This document shows, piece after piece, positions 1-11,764 of a stretch of DNA of 64,000 bases. The DNA comes from Epiperipatus broadwayi (taxonomy: Eukaryota; Animalia; Onychophora): the NCBI GenBank assembly GCA_028023455.1, contig JAQFVV010000011.1, positions 2,480,001 through 2,544,000 of the forward strand, read 5' to 3'. A model generated the notes under the pieces. It did no database searches. It saw nothing but the letters and a program-made list of their open reading frames with translations, and was not told where the DNA came from. Every line of letters begins with the position of its first letter. The first letter of the stretch is position 1. The position numbers and the translations under genes are program-made.

Positions 1-585
1 ACACATGCATGGTATTTCAGGATTGCAGTTCTTGTTTTTCAGCATTTCAAGTTTTGATATTACAAAGAAGTTAGAATTCTTCACAATGAGTTGTTGCTTT
101 GAGAAGAAAGAAGTTATGATATTACATTGAGTTGAGATGTTAATGTATTAGAATAGCTTTTCAAAACCACAGCACATTCCAAAGAAATTTTAACAAGAAC
201 CACAATGCAGTGAATGTGAATAAACATATATTGGTAAAACAAGCTATCCTTTCAAAAATAATTAAAACATAAAACAGTGATTTTAGAATAAGAGACACAT
301 CTTAAATTGCAAACTACACCTATACCAATATATATATGACCAAAAATAATATTGAACAGAGAAAGAGAGGAAAAGAACAAAAATTATGAAATTCAAATAT
401 GACACCAGTGTCTAAATTCATAGAATAACCTAGTGTGTGATAATTCATATTTGGAAACCATTCAAAATTTGTATCCTTAAATGATAAAAATTTTAAAAAC
501 CAGGAGAATGCTCATAGATTAATATTTAAAATTTCTACTAGCTATTGTCTTTGGCAGAAACTCTTATCATGTTAGAATGTAACTT

Positions 586-933
586 TAATCTTATGTTTTG
601 ATTAGATTAATCTACTATCTCGTAGATAGTTTACATAGTTTTTTAATTAATACAATTTTAATATCATTATCAATCAGAAATCTTATAAACCAATTACATT
701 TTGGAAAGTTTTACTAACATTTATTTTTCATTAAAAAGAGAGAAAAAAGTTTTAATTCTTGTTTCTAGATTTCCCCCACCCCCACCCACCCACTTATTAT
801 ATTTTAAAAGCAAAATATACATAATCTTTTTATTTTATAAAACTGTATTTTGAAATCTGCTTATCAAATATTTTTTTAAAATTATGAAACATGTAATGCT
901 ATAAAAAATAAAAAATACAATCATATATCACAT
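586..933. repeat. Dispersed AT-rich repeat, copy 1 (other copies 4765-5137 and partial 1787-1899)
   Basis: Long near-identical runs such as ttagattaatcta.tatctc...gtttacatagttttttaattaatacaattt.aatatcattatcaatcagaaatcttat recur at ~600 and ~4780; the 3' part recurs at ~1790. Confidence 0.8.
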
Positions 934-1635
934 GTTTTCTGATTTTCCTGGGCTTCTCACATTTGGAGAGAAAGGAAGAACTGCTTTCTACTCACTCATA
1001 CTAAAGTTTTCCAAATTAATAATGCACTTTTCTATTATACAGTTATCCAGTAATTAAAAGTTTTTCTTCTATTGATGATAACTGCAGTTTCCAACATGGT
1101 TATGTTAGAATTCCAAAAAGTAATAAATTGCATGGCAATGACTACAGTTTTTCAACAGGTTTCACTCTTGACCATCCTAATAACTGACTGTACTGTAACT
1201 GTAACTTATCTAACTGTGACTGTCCCTTGTCTAATTAAGCTTGCTTCTTTCATTTTTCTTCTGCTTCCACATTTTTTCATCTACCAACATGTTTTTAAAA
1301 AGCACTTGATTAAAAGCCCAAGGCAAGAAGATGATGCTATCTTTAAGTGTTTTTACATTTAAATGTGAAAACATATAACTCTAAAATAAATCATATCTGT
1401 AATATTTGAAATTGAAGATATATCAATTAATGATAAAGATTTATTAATTAAATGTATCTTTTATATTTTCTTTATTTTACTTTTTTTTTTGTTTTGTTTT
1501 TATAACACAATTGGAAAAGTGACTTTAATTCACTGTCACTTGGTTCTTTATTTAAATTTTTATTTACTGAACCGCATCAGTTTTATTTTTAATTTAAACT
1601 GCTTTAACTGGGGAGAGAAAATAAATCTTTAAAAT

Positions 1636-1760
1636 ATATATATATATGTGAAACAGTGTGTCTGTTTCAATATATATATATATATATATATATATATTGA
1701 AATATATATATATATATATATTGAAACAGTGTATCTGTTTCAATATATATATATATATTT
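1636..1760. repeat. (TA)n microsatellite interrupted by a duplicated gaaacagtgtRtctgtttcaa unit
   Basis: Directly visible. Confidence 0.9.
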
Positions 1761-4700
1761 CACTAGCATTACATTACATATACACAATCTTTTTATTTTA
1801 CACAATTGCATTTTGAAATCTACTTATCAAATTTTTTTTTAAAATTATGAAACATGTAATGCTATAAAAAAATAAAAAAGTACAGTCATATATCACATGA
1901 TCCCACTTTTTTTTAAGCTTGTTGAGAAATTAGCAAAACTTTTTGTTTATGTAATGCTATATATGTAAGTTATATATATATATATCACTAGCATTACATC
2001 ACACACACACACAGTTTGATAGGTAAAATGCATCAGTTTGACCCATTTTAGTTCTGATATCTTATTATTAATTTTTCTAGCTTTACCATTTGATTTTTTT
2101 CCTCATTTTTATTTACTTATTTATGTAATATTTTTCTATCAAATAAGGGTCCAATTGCATACAGATCAACAAATCAGAGAGGGGGACTTTTTTACACTGC
2201 TGTATCTCATAGGCTGTAATCTACATTGATTGACAATAATTATGTCATATATGATAATGTGTATAAAAAGAGTAAGTGCTGCAAATAGCAGATACATATG
2301 GCTTATATTTGACATATATAAAAATACTTTAATTTACTTCTATGCTGTAATTTGTCTACCAGCAGGTTGAATGAGACCAGAACTTTCTTCATTGGGTCTG
2401 CATCTTAGAAGATATGGGGTCACTTTGAATGGCAATATTCATCCACTGACCATTTGACTTATGCTAAAATGAGGTTTATTTATTATATGATGTTGGGGAT
2501 TTTTCCTTCTCATGAAAGTAACCTCAGTTTATCTGCAACTATTGTCCAGGGTGCATATTTTTAGATAAGAGACTGGGATGACATCTCTCAGCATGTTGGA
2601 TGGGTCCTGAACCTTTTTACTGGAATCATGTTCCCCCATTTAGCCCATTAGCAGTCTTAAGTTCACACAAATGCAGCCTATGTTTAACCTCCATAAACTT
2701 TATCTGCACTTCCCCCTCCATAACTCTATTTACCTACACAAATCTACACCTACTTGACAGATTATTGTGCATTATTTTATTTAAATTTTTTTATTATAGA
2801 TTTCATTTTATTTATTCTAAGCTTTATTCAATTATTTATTATTTTATCACAATATTTGATTCTCTACAAAAAACTTTTATTTTATTATTGTATATCTACT
2901 CTAAAACTATTATTTTATTTTAATTAATAAAATTCAACTCTGTTTCCTTCATGTTATTACTTCTCAAAACAAAACAAAAAAAAACTATTTTATTTATTTC
3001 ATGATCTTGCCATTATTTTTAAAAAAACATTTTATTTTCTTTCTTTAATGCTATTTCCATTGTCATAATCCGTGTATAATATTTTTTTTTTTTTTAAATT
3101 CATCCAGTTAATATACACTCTAACCCCCATAACCTTTGTCAGGTGGTTTTTAATTTTAATTTTCTTCTATTTTTAAATCGAATGGAGTGTTTGATTAAAC
3201 ATTTAAAATCAAATGAAGTGTTCGACTAACTAAAAAAAAAAAAACCCTCAGACCACTCTAATTCCAACCTGGCTATAAACAACTCCAATAATGAATTTAT
3301 TTATCTCTCTGGCCGCTTTTCTCTCTCTCCTTTTTAATTATATTATATTTTTAACTATTATTAATTATTTTGATTCTTAATATTTTAATTTTGTTTGCAT
3401 TGGTCTATTTCTCTTTTTATACTGCTAACTAATTTTAACTTTTATTAAATATGCAATTTAGCATTTAATTTAAATTTTAGTTTCAAACTTTTTTAAAAAA
3501 TTTTAATTACAACTTTACTTTTTTAAATTATGCTGGGTCAATTTATGTCACTTTGGAACTCACATTGGATGGGATTTGAACTGGGTCTGAAGAGAAAGTT
3601 TAACTCCCTTTTACAATAATTTAAAAAAACATGGAAATGGACTGGCCCTTCAAGCAAAGGGGAGAATACTATTGATAGCATAGCCTTCAATCTTACCTAC
3701 AATCAGATTGTGCTATGCAAAGCTGAACATGATCCCATTTTCAGACCATGGCTCATCTCAACTGCAGGATACAAACCCCTGCCATCCTAAGCATTTCATT
3801 TGTTTTGAGAATCAATCTCAAGTGCCAGCCAACCATAGGTTATATCAGTAGGCTTCAAATGACAGGCACACATATTCAGGACTTGAAATATCCCATGACT
3901 AGCTCATACTCTTAATCAGGGTCCAGCACATTTTCTTAACACATAAAAATAACTACACTTAAATTAATAGTGATGCAGTGACAAGAGAGAGAGAGAGAGA
4001 ATAGACCAAATAATACTTAATAAAACATTAATATTTATTCACACACACATATCTAATATAATATAAAGTAACACAATATAATATGTTACATAAAATATGA
4101 TTACTTTCAGGCTAAAATTATGATAGTCATTGTAGACCATTACTTAAAAATATCTTTACCTAGGTTTTTATGATTATCAGTTTTCAACCAGTAGGCTTTC
4201 TGGTTGGCATCAATTTTCAGGACTTAGTTTTCCATTTTTGTCTTGACAATAAAAGAGGGAAAGAGAGTTTGTGTCAGAATCTATTTCACCATTTTGGGAT
4301 TAATTTCTAGTGAGGGTTTAGATTATTATAGTCAATTTTGCTGACAACTAGGGCATGATGTTGTTGAACACTCCTAAAGATGGTCTAGCACTGCATGTTG
4401 CTAGATCTAAAGCTTTTGCATTGCTGTTAACTGCAGCAGTAATTGATTGGCTTACTATTGTGTTTACAGTTTCTGAGTATCTGGATTTCTGGATGTTTGG
4501 GTTTTTATTAGAAAATTCTGTCTACATTCTGCATTCTGTGCAAACTGAATAATAATAATCCAAACTGAATTACCAATTGAAGACCAGACTGATTTACAGA
4601 CTCAAGAGAAGAATGATCTAACAGATTGCAGATCTGACTAAATAACAATAGACCATAGTAACTTAATATACCTTTTCCTTCATTGTTTTTAATTCCTTAT

Positions 4701-4764
4701 CATAGTTTTTAATTTTGATCACAACTTGAATCTGTTTTTTTCTTAATTATTTTTACATTTGCTT

Positions 4765-5137
4765 TAATCTAGTGCTTTGCTTAGATTAATCTATTATCTC
4801 ATCAGTAGTTTACATAGTTTTTTAATTAATACAATTTCAATATCATTATCAATCAGAAATCTTATCAACTAATTACATTTTTGAAAGTTTTACTAATATT
4901 TATTCTAACTTTACATATTTATTTATTTTTACTTTATAAGTTTTCTTTAAAAAGAAAGAGAGAGAAAAAGCTTTAAATCTTTTTTTTTAGATTTCGCCCC
5001 CACCTGTTTTTTTAACAAATAGTCTTATATTTTAAAAGCAAAATATACACAATCTTTTTATTTTACAAAATTGCATTTCGAAATCTATTTAACTAATCAA
5101 ATATATTTTTAAAAAATTATTAAACATGTAATGCTAT
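4765..5137. repeat. Dispersed AT-rich repeat, copy 2 (paralog of 586-933)
   Basis: By-eye alignment to 586-933. Confidence 0.8.
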
Positions 5138-5814
5138 ATATGTGAGTTTTATTTATATATCTCTTGCTAGCATTACAATATATACATTTATTTTTATTTT
5201 TTAGTATTTGGATATTTTACAACTGATTTTTTGTAAATATTCGTATTCAAATTTAAAAACTTAGAATCCAAATGATGTGACCACATTTCTAGCTGCACAA
5301 CATCTGTTAGGATATATAAAGATGATAATATAAAATACTAATAGTTTAAAAAAGGAAGTTCAATTAATTATTGAAATTCTGTTTCTATAGGTAAATAAAA
5401 TTAGAATAAAAATAAAATAATAAGACAGATTTTTATATAGCAAGTTGTGTGTAATTAACAAAGTAAATATAGCTAAACAAAATCAAAAGATCAATTAAAA
5501 TATTATTTCTTTGTAGAGTATGTATGCTATTGTTTTGCATTCTATATATTTTTTAAGAAATATGAAACCTTAAAAATAAGAAACAGATGCTGTTTTTCCT
5601 ATTATTTCATTTTTAGTTTGCAATTAAAATTTAAGAGGGAAGGTGTTGCCAAGCAACATTATAAAATTTGAAAACCTGTAACAACAATAAATGTAACTGA
5701 CCATGGTCTGGAGATAATTTTAATTGCAAATTAAGATTTAATTTAAATTTTAAATTAAAATTTTCAACCACCCAAAAAATACATCCTGTTTTTTTAATTA
5801 CAGCGGTGATAGAT

Positions 5815-6135
5815 TATATAACATACATAAAACTGAATCAAGCTTCCATTTGCTATATTTGTGAGAAGCTGATTTATAGAAGGTTAGAAAGCATCTCCAA
5901 GAGAAGGACAACTAAGAAACTATGGGCCATAATGATTTTGGAAGTTGTAAAACTGATCATTTGCATGATAGCTGAGATTGAACATTGAGAAATCATTTTC
6001 AGCTGCTAAAGTCATGGAAAGCCCTGAATGCAATTTGAAAATGTCCAACATGGCACTACTAGATATCTCCAGTGTACATCTGACATAATCACTAATTGTT
6101 CTATATGCTAATGACATATTGCTCTGACCAGTGAA
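5815..6135 (+). pseudogene. Degenerate non-LTR reverse transcriptase fragment
   Basis: ICEKLIYRRL resembles the RT K(L/I)FEKII..RL motif; IVLYANDILL at ~6095-6125 resembles LYADD; interrupted by stops and frameshifts. Confidence 0.5.
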
Positions 6136-6473
6136 TCTATGCCTTTTCCAAATCTATTGCCAAGTAATCAATTAAGGATTAAATAGAAGCTAAACCTATC
6201 TGCTTAATGGTCTCCAAACAACCCTCAAGAGATTATTTCTTACCAGAAAAAAAAAAGAATGAAAAAGTCACTGAAAACAAGACCATCATTTAATAACTGA
6301 AAAATTATTCCTAAAAATAATAACAGAAAAAAGTGAATGGTAACTGGAATTGAAGTGCACAATAGTTAAATACTGATAAGCTATCTCATTTGATTAATAC
6401 TGTATTATATCATAGTATTTCAAATAATTATCACAAATAAATTAACAGTATTCACAGCTGCTATTATTATATT

Positions 6474-6774
6474 TTATATAGTGCTCATGAATAGCTAGCT
6501 ATTAATGAGCTTTTCTGACTATCCCTATTCCCAGACCAGTTTCTAGCTGTTGGCTAGCTAGGAAATTCAGACATTAGATCTAAAAATACCAGCCTAAGCC
6601 CGGCATTTATCTAACAGTTAACTATTAAGGAAATTCTGGGCTTAAGCTGGTATTTTTAGATCTAATGTCTGAATATCCTAGCATCTCACTGATGAAATCC
6701 AACAGCTAGAAACTGGTCTGGGGGTAGAAATATTCAGAAAAGCTTATTAAGAGCTATTTACAGTCATTATATAA
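6474..6774 (+). mobile_element. Old fold-back element with hammerhead motif (HHR family 2)
   Basis: Imperfect inverted arms ~6490-6600 and ~6638-6758; right arm carries the hammerhead core. Confidence 0.75.
6684..6723 (+). ncRNA. Degenerate minimal type I hammerhead ribozyme
   Basis: UCUCA-CUGAUGA-AAUCCAACAGCUA-GAAA-CUGG-UC-UGGGG; stem I pairs, stem II is broken here but intact (UAGC-CAACA-GCUA) in the opposite arm. Confidence 0.65.
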
Positions 6775-7439
6775 CATTTGTAGTACAAGCTTATTAAATT
6801 AAGTCATGTGATGTATGACTTGATTTCCTTGCAATTATAGCTGTTAGTTTGCCTAATTTATTGGATGGAAATGGCCAGTTTTATTAATAAAACATAAAGG
6901 CATTAGAAAAATTTCAGAGCTACTACTACTGTAAAATCATATTTTTATTAGATTTGGACATATGAAAGAAATTAACAATACAAGAATTTTTAAAAAATAT
7001 TTTATAGTGAATATGAGTATGGTTACCAAAGATTATTTCAACAATATTCTAAACAAGTGTAATATTGATTGCTCTCATTAAGAAGTTATAGCTGAGAACA
7101 GAATATGATAGAGAGTTATGACAAAAATGTTGGTTTTTAGAAAAAACACTACAGTGAACATTAAAAGACAGTATCACAAATTATTAATTAAACAAAATAA
7201 TTGAGCTCTCTATATATTTGTGGATCACAGATTGGTTTCTATAGTTATTCCAAAACTCATCTTAAGTGTGCTTTGTCTTTTTTTTTTTTACCTTGGAGTT
7301 GGAAATAGCCGTATTCTATTGTGGGTATCTACTGATGATGAAATTCATAAGTTACACCATCATTCAGATGCTATTTATAAACAATAATAATAATTAAGTA
7401 GTCCTATATTTCAATCATTATTATATTAGATGGAAATGT

Positions 7440-8025
7440 AATTGTATTTATATATTGGACTATTTCCATCATCTAATGTGAGTATTAAATATCTTGAGAA
7501 AAATCCAAATACATTCAACTGTTAGTAATAGCACACATGTTAGTATATACACAATATTTTGAGAGGTACAAAAAAGAAAATTTAAAGCAGCTGCTCACAT
7601 GATGATGGCAAACAATCCCATAAGTTAACCTAGTGTGACTATACATAATGTACAGAAACCACTAATCAATTTTGCTCTTTGGAAAAAGTGGAGAAATCAG
7701 GAGGAATCTCATAGATAAATATATGAAATTTTTACGGAATGTTGTTTTGGCAGAATGGCTCAGCTGGTTAGAGGGTTACTGTAAAATTTCAATACTCAAG
7801 AATGTAAGAGTCCAGGTTCGATTCCTATGCTAATATTATCACTGGTCAGGCCAGCAACACATGAAGAAGAGGAGAGACTAATACCTCTTGAAGCATTGTA
7901 CATATACTAATCTGTGTGCTATTACTAACAGTTAATATATTTGGAAGGACATTAAATATTCATATTAGATGATGGAAATAGTCCAGTATAGAAATACAAT
8001 TAAAACACCATCACCACAAACCTTC
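7440..8025 (+). mobile_element. Fold-back element with internal tRNA-like Pol III boxes (family C)
   Basis: Inverted arms 7440-7568 / 7882-8001, tail 8002-8025, A-box TGGCTCAGCTGG 7756-7767, B-box GGTTCGATTCC 7815-7825; related copies at 45290-45665 and 63636-64000. Confidence 0.75.
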
Positions 8026-8159
8026 ATGGAAATATAAAGGTTTAAATTAATCATAGAATTAAACTTGGATGGAATGCTTTTATAGAAATAATTTAATATT
8101 AAAAGGAAATATGCTTGTGTGTTTTTAAAAGGTTTTTAATAAGTTTTTATTTATAGATC

Positions 8160-8545
8160 AGAGATGTAGACACTTAACAGAAGAGCAATACAGAGACTTC
8201 AGACCAATCAACAAAGTATAGCAAGATGCAGAGATCGAAAGTGAAATACGCAGGTGAGAGAACAAACAGATGTTACTGAATCATTGACAGAATTCAAAGA
8301 CTGATGGGCTGGGCATATTGCTAGAAGAAATGATAATAGATGAATAGTTTAAACCTGAAACTAGATTATAAGAGTTTGTAAATGATCTAGAAAAAGATCG
8401 CATGTGAAATAGATGTATAATATAAAGAAGTGGTCTGGGGTGGTGTGAAGAAGAGAAGCTAAAGATCGGAGATGGATTAAACTTGAAGAGACTTTTTTCT
8501 GCAGTGGATCGATGATGGTTGAAAATATGATAATGATGATGATAT
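8160..8545 (+). mobile_element. RTE-like LINE 3' end fragment
   Basis: Encodes degenerate WAGHIARRNDNR; ends in a (GAT)n tail. Confidence 0.8.
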
Positions 8546-8658
8546 TTCAGTTAGATGCTATCTCAATATAGATATAAATATGGAAACGATTATTTATTAT
8601 AATCCTTCTTATGTATTACAATTAAGTACTATTTACAAATTTATGTCCAAGCACGCAC

Positions 8659-8780
8659 CATCTTCACTTCCAACCTTTATAATGCGGTGATAGAAAAAGC
8701 AAATGCCGGAGCTAAAGTTTCTAGATTATAAAATGAATGAAGTTGTTATTGCTTTTTGGGTAGTCGAATGAAATAGCCAC
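8659..8780 (-). other. Possible 5' exon ending in ATG of a leftward host gene
   Basis: Acceptor ttaatgttattcag| at 8781-8782 and AAGATG|GTGCGT donor at 8657-8658; region is CpG-richer than background. Confidence 0.3.
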
Positions 8781-9226
8781 CTGAATAACATTAAATAAAA
8801 ATCTTTCCAACTTAAATCCATTTCTCCTGATCCACGTTCTCTTCTCCACTCACTAAAAAAAGTCACAAACAATTTCAAGGGGAGGGGGGGACTATGACAT
8901 TTTATAAAATATATTTATTAATCGGAAATAGAGGGATCATATTAAGAATTCCTTTTATTGATCAAACTACATCAATATAAATAATAAATTAAAACATTCC
9001 GAATCAAAGCTAAAACATTATCGAATTCCACGCTCATGAAAATATTTCAAAACCTACACTAGCAAAGTTTTTTTAAAAAATAATAATACGAATTAAGGTT
9101 AAAAAAAAACATTTATAAAATAATCTTTAACAAATGATTAACAGCTCTCTTCTTTTTATTTATTCAAAAAATGATAAAAAAAAAAAACAAGATTAAGTCT
9201 ATTTTTAAACTGTATTGATTTCCTAC

Positions 9227-9300
9227 CTGAGATGCGTGCGTCTGCGAAAGCAGCTCCGGCGCCAGAGAGGTGGAAACAAGCTTTAGATTAAATGGTAGTC
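9227..9300 (-). other. Possible non-coding first exon in a GC/CpG-rich patch
   Basis: Minus-strand donor CAG|GTAGGA at 9225-9226; GC-rich island; 5' boundary unknown. Confidence 0.3.
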
Positions 9301-10809
9301 ATTAAAAATAGTTACAGTTTTCATTGCTAAGGTGGAGACAGCTAAGACACAAGATGAATTGAAATGACTAACTAGAATTTATTTATTTATTTACAATGAA
9401 AAATGATGTTAGAATTAAAAATATCTTATTTTGAAAAAATAGTAATTTTTTTATTCTTTGCACATATTAATGTAAAAAATTCCAATATATATACGCAAAT
9501 TTTATTACCTATTATTAGTTGTATTAATGCTATCTGTCGGAGCTTATTACCAAGAGTGGCGAGCTCTAATGCTTGAAGTCCACGTATCGAGATTCCAGCT
9601 GTCATTGTCGATGCTCAAACTTCTGGTCAAACAATAAACATCTTATTTACCGTATATTACGTATATTATTAGTTGTAGTATTCTGCATAATTTACTGCCA
9701 TAGTAAAACGGCAGATTCTGGAATCGCAAGTTCATGGATCGCAGCTCCATCTGTTACTTCCAGTACTTGAACTTACGACTTTCCGAACAATAGGTGATTC
9801 AGTTATTTTACATTTTATTCGTAGTAATATTAAATGCCATTCTGGCAATCATATTATAGCATATCTCCAGCACAGATTTTATTCAAAGCATGTTGATCAT
9901 TCAGGATCAAATTGGTTTTTCTTTTATCAACACATTTATGCCACCTAATTTAAGTCTTACTAATCAGTAGATATCAGATTATAGGACTTAAAAACCGCTA
10001 TTGAGTGCTATCCTATCCAATATCCTAGACTAGTATCTACCTTTTGGCACTAGGATCTAGCAACTATTGACTTGTAAAAATTACACTAAATGTTTGTTTT
10101 TTTGTTTATTAATGTATTGAAGAAGATTAACTGCTTTAATGCTGGTCTTCCCTTTTTTTATTCATCACCAATCCTTACAAGCATTGTATACAGTAGTTTT
10201 CTATGAAATCAACATCTCAGTATATGACCAAAATAATACAATTTCAATCTGGTTATTTGGGATTTAGCAAGAGTTCTGTCCTAAACTGATTAAGTAACAA
10301 TCCGCTGTTTGTTCCCTTTAGGTATTGCCAAAAGTCTTTGAAACAACACAAATTTACAACTGTAGTTTCATCTTTTTCAGTGTTGTGCTGTCATTTTATA
10401 AACAACTACAGGAAAATAACACTGCTTTCAGGTGCAGGACCTGATGTTAAGCAGTTGTTTATTGCCTTGGAGACTCTTGGAAGTAGATGTTTACTTGAAA
10501 CAAGGATAGATTGAATTAACACAAAGGTCACCCAAGTGTTTCTTAAAAAGTAATGGCCTTGTCTAGAAAATATTGGATCAAATAGAAACTGCATGCACTC
10601 TTTGCTTGGATTTGGATGCCTCGACTAATATTTGTAATATCAAACAGTATCTGTTCAAGATTTTTCCTGAGGGATGGTCAGGTGAGGAAACTATTACTCC
10701 ATTATTGAGAGAAAGAAGAGAGCAATATGAAACATCTAAAAATCATTCCCAGGTTTCTCTTTAGTTTTATCTAGTGATAAATCTATTGAACAGTCTATCT
10801 ACATCTGTT

Positions 10810-11400
10810 TATCAATGCCATATTCCTTATCTGTCATATTAACAATGGGTTACAGGCCATTCTTCTCTCCACTTTTCTGTATGTTTCCAATGTCATTAAC
10901 CCCATGCATTTTGTGATGTAACTTATACCACAACAGTCTGCTCATTCTTTTTTCTTAGCTCATTTGCAAACCCAATCATGGTATCTCTTTCCACTGTATA
11001 TATATATATATATCAATGTATCTATAAAATAGTGTAATATATGTATGTTTTCACAAAAACCTATTCATTTGTTCTTTTAGACACAATGCATCCAAGAAAA
11101 CTTTGATATCATTTCAAATGCAACAATTCTTGCACTATGTCATTTCCCCAATGCCCATGTTTTGCTACCATAGATTACAATGCCATATCAAATTTTTCAA
11201 TAGTTTAAAATTTGCCCTCAAACTTATGCTTCTGTTTTTTTTATATGAGCACCAACTTTGTAAATGCCTTCAATGCCAATAATAATCATTCATTTACTGA
11301 AGAGTAACTCAAGAAAATAAAACCTCTCAATAATTTCTAGGTCTTATTTGCTGACCATGTTTATAAGAATCTTTTACCAATGCTGAAGCCAGCTAAAGGT
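10810..11400 (-). mobile_element. Degenerate LINE (RTE-like) 3' region
   Basis: Minus strand gives IYGSKTWAL (cf. LYGSETWAL) and RLLWYKLH (cf. RLRWYGH), with stops. Confidence 0.55.
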
Positions 11401-11708
11401 TCTGACCATCATAATGTTTGTTTGGAAGTTTGTGAGATGATGACCTTGTAATTGTAATTATATTTAGCCTATTTCTATCATCTAATTAATATTAATTGTT
11501 AAATATATATTTATAAAAAAACTCAAACTTTTTTAAATCTTTCCATATATATATATAATAACAAGTCAGATGTCACATGACTTATATATAGCTTGCACTT
11601 ACAAATATGTAAAATTAAGAGCATGCTAATAGCTCTAAACAAGCTTTTTTTTATTTATGATAAATGCTACTACAAGAGAAGACATTCAAATCATTTTTAT
11701 CTTGGATT

Positions 11709-11764
11709 GTCCCCATCCCCAGACCGGTTTCGACCTTTGGGTCTCTTCAGTGAGGAGTTGGGAC
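11709..11764 (-). ncRNA. Intact minimal type I hammerhead ribozyme
   Basis: Minus strand: UCCUCA-CUGAAGA-GACC(CAAA)GGUC-GAAA-CCGG-UC/UGGGGA. All core nucleotides present, G10.1-C11.1, 6-bp stem I with distal extension GUCCC/GGGAC, palindromic ACCGGU stem III, GUC triplet; predicted cut between 11722 and 11721. Confidence 0.9.

Noticed and set aside
1072-3000. Short ORFs from the track in this region (and most other 60-110-aa ORFs in the window)
   Set aside because: Low-complexity I/F/Y/L-rich translations of AT-rich or microsatellite DNA, or off-frame reads of LINE fragments.
4160-4550. GC-richer block with apparent minus-strand splice sites, and ORF 4355-4552
   Set aside because: All frames between acceptor and donor contain stops; no recognisable domain.
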